DNA of 64,000 bases from assembly GCA_023150935.1 (NCBI GenBank), contig JAKLJW010000010.1, forward strand, positions 49,551 through 113,550, read 5' to 3'. A program made the translations under genes and the position numbers. How positions within the stretch are numbered: the stretch's first letter is position 1; every line of letters starts with the position of its first letter. Positions 50,617 to 59,657 of this stretch are shown in pieces. The stretch comes from Candidatus Binatia bacterium. GTDB taxonomy: Bacteria; Desulfobacterota; Binatia; HRBIN30. The notes below the pieces were generated by a model, which saw only the letters and a list, made by a program, of their open reading frames with translations, did no database searches and was not told the DNA's origin.

Positions 50617-51501
50617 TCACTTCCCCGCGTCGTCACCGCCGGCTCCTTGCCGGTCGCGGATGCGCACCAGCTCGTGAATCGTCAGGTCGAGGTCCTCGTC
50701 ACGCAGGAGCGGGGCCGCCAGGCGTTGCCGCCGAGCCGCCTTAAGGTTCACCGGCGCGACGATCATGTCTTCCTCGTAGTACTTCGCCTTGGCCAACCGC
50801 GCCCCGGTCGGGTCGACGATCTCCGACCCTCCCCAGAAGCCGACACCGTCCTCGAAGCCCGCCCGGTTCGCATACACGACGAACAAGGCATAAGTCTGCG
50901 CATACATCCGAATCAGCAGTTCCCAGTAGCGCGCGTTGTCATCCTGCTCGCGGTCGTCGCTGACACCGCGCAGCGGCGAACTCGAAGGGCAGATGACCAG
51001 CAACGCATGATCGAGCGCGACCAGATAAACCGCCGACGGGTGCCAGAAGTCCTCGCAAATCAACATCGCGCTCTGGCCACGCTGGGTCGCGAAGCTCCGA
51101 ATACGGTCCCCGCGCGCGAAATAGCGCCCCTCGTCGAACAGACCGTAGGTCGGCAGATACGCTTTGCGGTGCACGTAGCGGATCTCGCCGTCTTCGAGGT
51201 AAGCGGCACTATTGAAGAACCGGTAGTCGGCGGTCTCCTCGACAAACCCCGCCACGATGGCTCCCCCGCGACTTAGCGTCCGCAACCGAGCGATCTCCGG
51301 GGCATCGATGCGCAGAGCCACCGTCGACACCATGTCCTTCAGGAAATAACCGCTCAGCGACAGCTCGGGGAACACGACCAGATCGGCACCGCGGGCGCGC
51401 GCCGCCCGGACGCGCTCCTCGTAGAGATCGAGGTTGAATTCGACGTCACCCAGCCGCGGATTCACCTGCGCCACCGCCACCACGAACTCGATGGGCCCCA
51501 T
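50617..51501 (-). CDS. carbon-nitrogen hydrolase family protein (glutaminase partner of NadE)
   Basis: Catalytic E-K-C: FPELSLSGY ... RKAYLP ... [11 protein letters not shown]. Confidence 0.75.
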   Translation of the reverse strand: MGPIEFVVAVAQVNPRLGDVEFNLDLYEERVRAARARGADLVVFPELSLSGYFLKDMVSTVALRIDAPEIARLRTLSRGGAIVAGFVEETADYRFFNSAAYLEDGEIRYVHRKAYLPTYGLFDEGRYFARGDRIRSFATQRGQSAMLICEDFWHPSAVYLVALDHALLVICPSSSPLRGVSDDREQDDNARYWELLIRMYAQTYALFVVYANRAGFEDGVGFWGGSEIVDPTGARLAKAKYYEEDMIVAPVNLKAARRQRLAAPLLRDEDLDLTIHELVRIRDRQGAGGDDAGK

Positions 51502-51570
51502 AGCGCAAGTATCCCGAAGCCACCGGACGAAGACAAGCAACCGACCGGCACGCCGGCAGCCCGCGCGCCA

Positions 51571-53085
51571 TCAGTCCGGATCGAAACGGTTCAGGCCGCC
51601 CCCTGACGTCACCGTGCCTGCACGTCCGACTCCTTCTCTCTCGGTCAGGCTCTCGAGCACGGCGCGATCGCTCGGCGTGTTGGCCACGAAGCGGCTGCCA
51701 TCGGACAGTCGCCCGACAACGATACCTTTCTCCGGTGCACCGTCGCGCGCATAGACCACCGTGTACGTCTCGATCGTCCCCCGGCCTTGCGGCTCGGGCT
51801 GCAGTGGCGGGTGCGCCATGGCGTCGATTTCGGCCTGGTAACGAGCCGGATCCTCGCGCCGCCAGGTCGCGGCGTGCGGCGGCGGCGTGGCCGCATACAC
51901 GCCCACGGCGTGCTTGGTCAGGTACCAGCCCAGGGCGGTGACCAGCCCCAGGGTATCCGGCGAGTTGCGTACCCGCTCCATCATCGTGGCGATCGCGTGA
52001 GTCGAGTAGTTGTTGCCGGGTCCGCCGTGGTACGCGAGTCCGCCGGTGACGGTCAAGGCGCGCGCGTCGTCGTCGCGGACACCGAGCATGTCGCGCCCGA
52101 TCTGCACCGCGCACGGGAAGCAACTGTACAGGTCGAAATGGTCGATGTCGTCGATGCCCACGCCGGCCATTGCCAGTGCGGCACGACCGGCTGCACGGAT
52201 GGCGGGAGAGCTACAGAAATCCACCCGATCCGTCGGGTACCAGAGATCGGTGGCGTCGCCGCAACCCCACAGATAGACCCATTTCGACTCGGGCACGCCG
52301 AGGGCGCGGGCCGTGCCGACCGAGGTCAACAAGAGTGCCGCACCCTGGTCGACCTCGATGATGGCGTTCATCCGCTTCGTGTACGGAAACGCAATCATTC
52401 GGTTCTCGTCGGTAACCTTCGTGATCTCTTCGGGATTACGCGCGTGCGGGAACCACGCTCCGGGGTTGCGGGCCGCCACCTCCGAGAAGCGGCTGTAAAG
52501 GGCGCCGATCCGTTCCCGATGCGCCGCCAGGCTGAGCCCGGTACGGGCCCGCAAAGCGTTTTCGAACAACGGATAGATCTGCACCGGCAGTTGCAACCCG
52601 TGGGTCATCTCGTGGTCGCTCGATCCGAGCCGAGCACTGCCAATCGTCTCCGGCGTGCCGTCGACGCCCCGGGACCAATCGAGAGTAACGCCGGCACGGC
52701 GAGCCCGCACCGCGGTGCTAATCGCTTCCGCTCCGGCAATCAGCGCGCAGCCCACGCTGCCCGCGGCGATTGCCGCCGCCAGCTCGTTGACGAGCAACTG
52801 CGGGGTGTTGCCGCCGACGTGGGTATAGATCTGTCTGGTGGGGCGGGCTTCGAGGAGCGCTGCCAGAGCGCCGGGAGCGTTGTTGTAGTGCCAACCGATG
52901 GTGTTGACCACGGCGACGGTATCGAGTTGCGCCAGCACGCCCGGGCCGGCCCCCGTATCCGCGGCTGCCAATCGCGCGCTCTCGGCCATGAGACCCAGCG
53001 GCTCGAACGCCACCGCCGGATCGACATCGCGTTGCGTGATTTGTCCCGCCCCGATCAGGACGGGCAAGCGATCGTCGCGCTTCAC
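51571..53085 (-). CDS. thiolase-like (SCP-x/acetyl-CoA acetyltransferase family) protein
   Basis: Thiolase fold with active-site Cys region (SVGCALIAGAEA); C-terminal GG-rich thiolase domain. Confidence 0.55.
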   Translation of the reverse strand: MKRDDRLPVLIGAGQITQRDVDPAVAFEPLGLMAESARLAAADTGAGPGVLAQLDTVAVVNTIGWHYNNAPGALAALLEARPTRQIYTHVGGNTPQLLVNELAAAIAAGSVGCALIAGAEAISTAVRARRAGVTLDWSRGVDGTPETIGSARLGSSDHEMTHGLQLPVQIYPLFENALRARTGLSLAAHRERIGALYSRFSEVAARNPGAWFPHARNPEEITKVTDENRMIAFPYTKRMNAIIEVDQGAALLLTSVGTARALGVPESKWVYLWGCGDATDLWYPTDRVDFCSSPAIRAAGRAALAMAGVGIDDIDHFDLYSCFPCAVQIGRDMLGVRDDDARALTVTGGLAYHGGPGNNYSTHAIATMMERVRNSPDTLGLVTALGWYLTKHAVGVYAATPPPHAATWRREDPARYQAEIDAMAHPPLQPEPQGRGTIETYTVVYARDGAPEKGIVVGRLSDGSRFVANTPSDRAVLESLTEREGVGRAGTVTSGGGLNRFDPD

Positions 53086-53086
53086 G

Positions 53087-53872
53087 TTATGGTTTCACAG
53101 GGCGCTGGGGCACAACCTTCGGCGCCGAGGGCTTGAGCGACGGCGCCTCCTGCTTCGTGAAACCGGCGGGCACCGTCAGCACGTCGGCAGGCGGGGTGGC
53201 CTTGATGACTTCCGTCACCTCGTTGATCGTCGTCACCGAGGCGGGTCCGTTCTTCATCGTAATCCTGGTGCGCAGGGGCATGCCCTTGACCTTGCCCAGA
53301 GCCGTTGTCAGCGCACCGCTCGGGCCGCCGGAGCCACCGACCGCATCGGCCATCGCCTCCGCAGCCCGTCGGGCCAACGGATCGTCAATCTCCTCGGTCA
53401 CCCACATCGCCCCCGTGACCCGAGGACTCTGCACGGCATACTCCCTGGCGGTATAGCCGGCAATTTTCTCCTGTTTGCCGGTCGGCGCGACCGACACTTC
53501 TCCCCCGCCCATCATCTCCTCAACCATCTTGCGGGTCTGCTCCGACATTGCCGCCAACCGCTTCCGGCCAGATTCGACCTGCTCTCGCACCTCGTCGAAC
53601 GACCGGGTGTAGTACGTCCGCGAAGCCTTGCTGCACAGGGTGACCGTGCGGGCGTCGAGATCGACAATGAACCGGCTGTCGGCGCTGTCCGTAACCCGCT
53701 TGTTGCCGGCCGAGTATTCCGTGGCCTCCTTGCTGCTGGCCTGCCCGTCGCCGCGATCGAAACTTTGCCGTTGCTTGATGATCAGGTCCATAGCCTGCGC
53801 GCCAGCCGGCACGGTAGCCGCCAGCACCCACGGCAGCAGATACAAGAGCCTTCGGTTCGTCATCCTAACCAC
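53087..53872 (-). CDS. secreted hypothetical protein
   Basis: Signal peptide LLYLLPWVLAATVPAGAQA; no recognised domain. Confidence 0.5.
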   Translation of the reverse strand: MVRMTNRRLLYLLPWVLAATVPAGAQAMDLIIKQRQSFDRGDGQASSKEATEYSAGNKRVTDSADSRFIVDLDARTVTLCSKASRTYYTRSFDEVREQVESGRKRLAAMSEQTRKMVEEMMGGGEVSVAPTGKQEKIAGYTAREYAVQSPRVTGAMWVTEEIDDPLARRAAEAMADAVGGSGGPSGALTTALGKVKGMPLRTRITMKNGPASVTTINEVTEVIKATPPADVLTVPAGFTKQEAPSLKPSAPKVVPQRPVKP

Positions 53873-53904
53873 CTCACTTAAGCGAGAACTCAGTACTCCG
53901 GCTC

Positions 53905-54070
53905 ATTGATTCGGCAGCGTATTCCGTTCGCCCCGAGTAGCACCATCTTTCCGGCGGCGTATCGAGGGGCGGGGCCGCAAAGCCGCCCGCCAGGCTGCCC
54001 CTCGATACGCCCCTGAGAAAACGGGGCTACTCGGGGCGAACGGAAAGCGTCGCACGGAATACGTCGCCGT
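53905..54070. repeat. nested inverted-repeat element: outer 19-bp IR flanking inner 13-bp IR hairpin; REPIN/MITE-like
   Basis: Outer IR TCCGTTCGCCCCGAGTAGC ... GCTACTCGGGGCGAACGGA. Inner IR GCGTATCGAGGGG-n28-CCCCTCGATACGC. Both read directly; sits in the 286-nt gap between two minus-strand genes. Confidence 0.5.
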
Positions 54071-54158
54071 AATTGTGCCCATCACTACTTAACCGAATCG
54101 GGCCTCGACAGTCGAGCGCGCGGGCTCCGGGAGAGTTTTCGCCGCGGGCGCCCTGGCC

Positions 54159-56579
54159 CTACTCCGCCGCCAGTGGGTCGCAGGTCTCTTCGAGACCGTA
54201 AGGCCGCTCGTAGGACAGCCCGCCATCGCAGCGACCATCACAGAAGTTGCGAATCGTGCCGCCCGGCGACAGGAACTCGGCCGTCTGATCGAGCGCCGCC
54301 GGGATTACCATCTGGAAGCCGTGCGGGTCGCAGCGGTTCGGTTCGGCCTGCAGATTAGCCAGCGGTGGAATGAACGGCACATGAGCGGGATTATCGAGCC
54401 GGTACGAGCCGGTTTCGTAAGTAACGAGCGCCGACGGGACCGGTCCTGCAACATCGGGGATCTCGACAAGACCGGTCTGCAGCGAGCCGACGAGGCTCGG
54501 AAGTCCGAGCGTCCGTGCCGCGATCTCGGTACCCTGATTCGATACGGCCTGATCGAGGTACGCCGCCGTCATGAGGATGTTCTTGGCATTGGTGCCGGGC
54601 AGCGGGTTGGCGGTGATGTGAGTTGCGTAGCCGGCCGATTCGCCCCGTACCCAGAGCTCGTGGATGATGCCGATGAGCAGTGCCTGGTCGGCGGCATCGG
54701 TCACGCCGGTAAGCTCGAGAGCGCCCTGAAAGGGCAGGAACGGCGTCGCGCGCTGGAGGAGGATCGAGAAATTGATCGCCGGGATGGCGATGTGCGCGTT
54801 GACGATGTCGGGCGACAGCGCGGCGAACATCAAGCCCATGATGCCGCCGAGGCTGCCGCCGGAGTAGAAGGCCTCCGTGGCCGGGCCCGGCAAGGCACCA
54901 GCTCCGCCCGGTGCCACGAACGCCGGGTCGGCGTTGAACGACCCTTTCTTCATCATGCGCGCCAGCACCAGCGTGTTGAGCATGCCCTGACGCAAGCGGT
55001 CGGGCAGTGCCGCGAAGTTGCGCAGGTCGAGAATCACCTTACCGATGAAGGTTCCCAGCAAATCGCCGTCCGCGTCAGGCTGCGAAAGCCCGCGCCAGTC
55101 CGTAGCGCCGGCGACCAGATCGAAGTCCCAGAACGCCGCCGACCCGGCCACATCCTGCACCAGCCCCCGTCCGGTACCCATCAAGCCGTGCCCGAGGACG
55201 ATCGGCGGCTTCGGACCGTCGGTCAGTACCGAACAGGGGATCGCGATCGTGAACGGCGGCGCCGTGAACCCGTTACGCTCGGGGACGCCCATGGCATCGA
55301 CGTTCAGGAATGCAGGCGTATTGGGGGCTGTCATCGGGTCGCGCCCGAGGAAGAGTGGCACCTGATAGGTCCCTTCGACCACTCGCCACGCCCGGGCGCC
55401 CGGCTGCGAGCAGTCGAATTCCCTGACCCGATCGACGGTGAAGGTGCGCGCGCCGGCCTGCTCCTGCTCCGCCAACCACGCGAACGCCTGATCGCGCATC
55501 GACAACATCTGGCTGGTCAGACCGGTGTCGCTCTGGACCACGAAATCGAAGGCGAGGACGAGATCGCCACGCGCGATACCGGCAGCGGCAAGATGGGCAA
55601 ATATAGACTCCATCGGGGCGCGCCGCGCGTTGACGGCCGGGATGTCCGACGGCCGGCCGTCACGCAAGGCCGCAAACACCGGCTCGGCGCTCACCGCACT
55701 GTCGTCGGCGTGGCGAAGATTGCGGGCCGCCACCACGTAACGGTGTCCGGGCGTCAAGCTGCGACCGGGCCGCAGAAAGATCACCTGACGGTCGGGATCG
55801 GTCGCCCGCGCATCCGTCTCGATGAAGTGCAGCACACGCTGCGGCGGATTCGCGGTCACATCGAGAAGGATCGTCGGGCTGTCCGCCTGCAGGGAGCGAT
55901 CGTCGTATGTACGCAGCTCGGGCAGCAGGCGCGACGCATTCGACCGCACCGGATCGACACCTCCGGGGAAGGTCATCAGGATCTGTACGGTGGGACTGAA
56001 CCCGTCGAGAGCCGCATAAGGAGCGGGGGAGAGAATGCGGCTGAACTGCTTCGGCATGCCGCCTTCGGGGAAGCGCAGCCGATAGCCGGTCGGTGTGTCG
56101 GCCGTCTCCAGAAAGCGGGAGGATGGATAAGGCAGTAGGCATGCAGCGGAGTTGAGGATCTCGCATTCGTCGGGCCGGTCGAGCGACACGAGATCGAAGG
56201 CCGCGGTGCCCCGGTCGCCGCCGTGCAGGACGGCGCCAAGCTTGTACACGCCGGCGGCCATGGCCGGCAGCACCCCGCGCAGCTCGTCGCCGGTGGCCTG
56301 CAAGGGGATGCTGACGCGCGAACCGTTGAGGGTCAGCGAGACGTCGGCGGGCGCCGTACCGGGCGGAACCCGCAACACGACGTCCACGTCTCCGGGCACG
56401 GAGAGCAGTCCGTCTGCGGGCTGCACGATCTCGGCCCGCGGGGGCACCGCCGTCGGCGTGGGTTGGGGCGGCGGCACCGGTGCACCGTCGTTGTCGCCAC
56501 AGGCGCACAGGACAATCAGGGCGGCCATCGCCAGCCCCAGTTGAGCGCCACTCTTAACGGAGTGAATTCGTTCGGTCAT
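54159..56579 (-). CDS. lipoprotein with alpha/beta-hydrolase-like domain
   Basis: Lipobox LIVLCAC; GxSxG nucleophile elbow YSGGSLGGIMG; about 806 aa otherwise unrecognised. Confidence 0.5.
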   Translation of the reverse strand: MTERIHSVKSGAQLGLAMAALIVLCACGDNDGAPVPPPQPTPTAVPPRAEIVQPADGLLSVPGDVDVVLRVPPGTAPADVSLTLNGSRVSIPLQATGDELRGVLPAMAAGVYKLGAVLHGGDRGTAAFDLVSLDRPDECEILNSAACLLPYPSSRFLETADTPTGYRLRFPEGGMPKQFSRILSPAPYAALDGFSPTVQILMTFPGGVDPVRSNASRLLPELRTYDDRSLQADSPTILLDVTANPPQRVLHFIETDARATDPDRQVIFLRPGRSLTPGHRYVVAARNLRHADDSAVSAEPVFAALRDGRPSDIPAVNARRAPMESIFAHLAAAGIARGDLVLAFDFVVQSDTGLTSQMLSMRDQAFAWLAEQEQAGARTFTVDRVREFDCSQPGARAWRVVEGTYQVPLFLGRDPMTAPNTPAFLNVDAMGVPERNGFTAPPFTIAIPCSVLTDGPKPPIVLGHGLMGTGRGLVQDVAGSAAFWDFDLVAGATDWRGLSQPDADGDLLGTFIGKVILDLRNFAALPDRLRQGMLNTLVLARMMKKGSFNADPAFVAPGGAGALPGPATEAFYSGGSLGGIMGLMFAALSPDIVNAHIAIPAINFSILLQRATPFLPFQGALELTGVTDAADQALLIGIIHELWVRGESAGYATHITANPLPGTNAKNILMTAAYLDQAVSNQGTEIAARTLGLPSLVGSLQTGLVEIPDVAGPVPSALVTYETGSYRLDNPAHVPFIPPLANLQAEPNRCDPHGFQMVIPAALDQTAEFLSPGGTIRNFCDGRCDGGLSYERPYGLEETCDPLAAE

Positions 56580-56747
56580 GCAAACCCTCCCCCGCCACGA
56601 GTCGGATTGGCATACACTCCCGGCGCACCGGAGCCGATCCGCTCTCATACAATCGATCTTCCAACCATGTAAGGCCGGACGCGGAGAGTCAACCGCTCTC
56701 GCCGCCGGCTTGACAGCCTCGTATCCCGCCTCGTACGAGGCGGCGAC

Positions 56748-57485
56748 ATGGAATTGTGGGACGCCGTACTGCTTATCGTCGGGGGCGTAACGGCGGGGAT
56801 CGTGAACACGCTGGCGGGAGCCGGCTCCCTGCTCACCGTACCGCTGCTGGTCCTGGCCGGCTTACCCGGCGGCGTTGCCAACGGCACCAACCGTATCGGC
56901 GTTCTGCTCCACAACCTGACCGCGGCGTGGCGCTTTCGCGCTGAAGGCGTGCCGGGGGTCCGGCAGGCACTGCCGATGCTGCTGCCGATATGTCTGGGAT
57001 CTTTCACCGGGGCCTTCGCCATCGCCTGGGTGCCCGACGATCTGTTCGAGAAGCTCTTCGGCGTGCTGATGGTGCTGCTGTTGCCGCCCTTGCTCCACAC
57101 GAGCGCGGGGGGAGTCCGCCAGCCGCGCCAGTGGTCGGCACCGGCGACCTTCGGGTTCTTCTTCCTCGTCGGTCTGTACGGCGGCGCGTTTCAGGCCGGC
57201 GTGGGGATCGCTTTGCTCTACGGTCTATCGTTCACCGGCTACGATCTGCTCCGCGGCAACAGCATCAAGGTCGTCATCAACGCCGCGCTCACGGCGGTTG
57301 CTGTAACCGTCTTCGCCCTGAGCGGTCAGGTGGTCTGGGTTCCGGCGCTGGTCCTGGCCGCGGGCTTCATCGTGGGCGGCATCATCGGCGTGCGCGTGGC
57401 CGTCTACGGTGGCGAACGGGTGATTCGCCCGGTCCTGGTCGCCGCCGTCATCGCGCTGGCCGGGCGGATGCTCGGGCTGTACTGA
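56748..57485 (+). CDS. sulfite exporter TauE/SafE family membrane protein
   Basis: 8 predicted TM helices; internal duplicated halves with LAGAGSLLTVPLL-type motifs. Confidence 0.7.
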   Translation: MELWDAVLLIVGGVTAGIVNTLAGAGSLLTVPLLVLAGLPGGVANGTNRIGVLLHNLTAAWRFRAEGVPGVRQALPMLLPICLGSFTGAFAIAWVPDDLFEKLFGVLMVLLLPPLLHTSAGGVRQPRQWSAPATFGFFFLVGLYGGAFQAGVGIALLYGLSFTGYDLLRGNSIKVVINAALTAVAVTVFALSGQVVWVPALVLAAGFIVGGIIGVRVAVYGGERVIRPVLVAAVIALAGRMLGLY

Positions 57486-57513
57486 CCAGGCTGCTCTCGA
57501 CCGCGCGCGGGAG

Positions 57514-58359
57514 CTACTCCTTGTAAGTCGCCTTCGCCTGCGACAGGACGACGTTGCCGCGTTGCGTGACCGCCTGGACGATGGCCTCGCCCGGAGCGGT
57601 CTTCCACACTTTCGTAACGATCGTATCGCCCATGTACACCTGATCGGCGAAGCGCGTCGAAAGCGATATGAGTTTCGCCGGGTCGCCGCCGCACAAGCCT
57701 TTCAGGAGCGCGCGCCCGACAAACCCGTACGTGCACAGGCCGTGGAGAAAGGGTTTATCGAACCCGCCCATCTTCGCGAAGTCCGGATCGATGTGGATCG
57801 GGTTGCGGTCGCCGGACAGCCGGTAGATGGCGGCCTGTTCGGGGCGCGTAACGTCCTCGATGACGCAATCGGGCTGGCGGTCGGGCGGTTCGTTGAGGCC
57901 GGCGGTCGAGGGGCCACGCTCGCCGCCGAAGCCGCCGGCGCCGCGGATGAAGATCGTCGCCTTGGTGGTGAACAGGGGGCCCTTGTCATCGGCAACGATG
58001 CCCTCCGCACCAATCACCGCGGCCTTGCCCTTATCCCAGACCTCGCTGACGCGGCCCGTGACCTTCACTTTCCCTTCCGGCGGGATCTCGCGGTGCAGGG
58101 TGATGGACTGCTCGCCGTGCAGCAGCATGGCGAGATTGATCTCCACGTTGCTGACGAGTCCGCTCATCGACAGCATGCCCGGGATCACCGCATACGTCGG
58201 CAGGACTTTGGGCCCCTTGCCCTCGTACACGAACTCGATTTCCCCTTCCGGCTTGGCGCCGACGCCCACGGCATACAGCAGCACGTCCTTCGTCTCCCAC
58301 GCGAACGGGATCGGATCGAAAGTCATGCCCACGAGGTCACTGGATATTGGTCTGGCCAT
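57514..58359 (-). CDS. MaoC-like (R)-hydratase/dehydratase, double hot-dog fold
   Basis: C-terminal hot-dog with RLSGDRNPIHIDPDFA. Confidence 0.75.
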   Translation of the reverse strand: MARPISSDLVGMTFDPIPFAWETKDVLLYAVGVGAKPEGEIEFVYEGKGPKVLPTYAVIPGMLSMSGLVSNVEINLAMLLHGEQSITLHREIPPEGKVKVTGRVSEVWDKGKAAVIGAEGIVADDKGPLFTTKATIFIRGAGGFGGERGPSTAGLNEPPDRQPDCVIEDVTRPEQAAIYRLSGDRNPIHIDPDFAKMGGFDKPFLHGLCTYGFVGRALLKGLCGGDPAKLISLSTRFADQVYMGDTIVTKVWKTAPGEAIVQAVTQRGNVVLSQAKATYKE

Positions 58360-58629
58360 GGGGTGATTTTCTGAGTGAACTTCCTCGCTGAGTCAAGCCA
58401 GACCCCCCGGGGTCGACGGGTGCCCCTGCAACCTTTCGGGGCCGCCGAGCGTGCTAGCGATCGAGGAGGACACACATGTCGCTACAATCTCCCCACAACA
58501 CGACCCCGGCCGACTGGACGTCGCCGTCGTCAGCGCCAAGCTCGCCGGTCTCGGCGCCGCCCGAGGCCGTCGGGACCGTCCTCGCTCCGCCAACGGCGAC
58601 CACGCCGCAGCCGCTGCGGGCGAGCGGTA

Positions 58630-58785
58630 GCTATACCCTGCCGACCTCGGCAGCCTTCTTGTACAGCTTGCGGGGAAAGCTTTCGGCCTCGTCCCACTCG
58701 TCGACGTGCGGAGTGATCTCCTGCTCGACGAAGCGGCGGACGGTGGCCCGGAACTCTTCGTCGCTGGGGGTGTAGAACGGGCGCA
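58630..58785 (-). pseudogene. acyl-CoA dehydrogenase N-terminal fragment (51 codons then stop; rest of gene absent)
   Basis: MRPFYTPSDEEFRATVRRFVEQEITPHVDEWDEAESFPRKLYKKAAEVG matches the ACAD N-terminal helix consensus (M-F-LTEEQ--L---VR-FA--EI-P-A-E-D----FP-EL--K--ELG). TAG follows immediately and no ACAD-like sequence continues in any frame. Confidence 0.6.
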
Positions 58786-58977
58786 TCGGGGGTCCCACGG
58801 GCTCATATGCGTCCTCGTGCGCTCGGTCTGGCCGCCGCGCGGCCGGTGATCATCGACTCCGTGGCGGTCGAACGCGGTCCGCGTTTCGCCGACGGTCCCT
58901 CTTGACCGGACTTCTTGCCGCACGCAAGCAGGCCTCCCCCGTCGATGGCTGCGCCGGCGTGTGCCTGCTATGCAAGA

Positions 58978-59205
58978 ATGCGCATGAAACGGACGAATCT
59001 TGTGCTTCGTGAGGATCTGCTGGAAGAGGCCACCCGGCTCAGCGGCGAAAAGACGTACTAGCGTGCGGTGGAACGGGCACTCGAGGAGTTCATCCGCCAC
59101 GCCAGGGCGCGACGGATCCTCCAGTTGCGAGGCTCCGGGCTCTGGGAGGGCAATCTCGAGGCGATGCGGGACGATGCCCCGCCGGCGTCCCGGCGGCGCT
59201 CATGA
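58978..59205 (+). pseudogene. vapB-type RHH antitoxin with in-frame TAG (nonsense) at codon 28
   Basis: MRMKRTNLVLREDLLEEATRLSGEKTY*RAVERALEEFIRHARARRILQLRGSGLWEGNLEAMRDD. Matches the VapB consensus M-TNIVLDD-L--EA--L-G--TK---V--AL-E; the TAG is at the position where a conserved Lys is expected. Confidence 0.6.
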
Positions 59206-59372
59206 CGCTGGTCGACACATCCGTCTGGATCGAGGTGTTTCGCCGGCCGAGCCCGCTCGGCCTGGATCGTCGCGTTCGATGACGTCGTCACCTGCCTCCC
59301 CATCGTGCAATCGGCTTCGGTATCGATCCCCCCCGTCGCGTACTGGGCCGGTTCCTCGCGAACCGCATAGCC
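59202..59372 (+). pseudogene. vapC (PIN) toxin remnant: ATGA-coupled start MTLVDTSVWIEVFR..., then premature stop/frameshift
   Basis: PIN N-terminus MTLVDTSVWIE with catalytic Asp. Stop after 26 codons; FDDVVTCLPIVQ continues in another frame. Confidence 0.5.
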
Positions 59373-59379
59373 ACGCCGA

Positions 59380-59517
59380 CCGAGCTTGGTCAGCATGGCC
59401 ACGATCCGGTCGAGCATCCCTGGCGTTCCGATGCCCCTTGAGGCCTTGACAGAAGCGTTACACCCAGCCCTCGATAGCCGCCGGGTAGACATCCAGTCGT
59501 TCGTAACCGCAGATCAT
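59380..59517 (-). pseudogene. four-helix-bundle (23S rRNA-IVS family) protein fragments
   Basis: Minus strand: MICGYERLDVYPAAIEGWV* (N-terminal consensus ERLDVWQKAIEL) and, out of frame, PGMLDRIVAMLTKL (C-terminal consensus). Internal deletion and frameshift. Confidence 0.4.
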
Positions 59518-59657
59518 CCTTCCCTTCGATTCCGATACCGATAGCGATACCGACTCCGCTCGGTTCCTGCCGAACGCCTGCGCGAGGAGACGGCAGCTGC
59601 CATGGCTTCCCGGTCTGCTTCACAATCCCCCAGCAATTCTGCTTCAAGGGAGACACC

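Noticed and set aside
58393-59100. 235-aa minus-strand ORF (Ser/Arg/Pro-rich) across the ACAD-stub/vapB remnant region
   Set aside because: No features; the region is better explained by short recognisable gene fragments in other frames.
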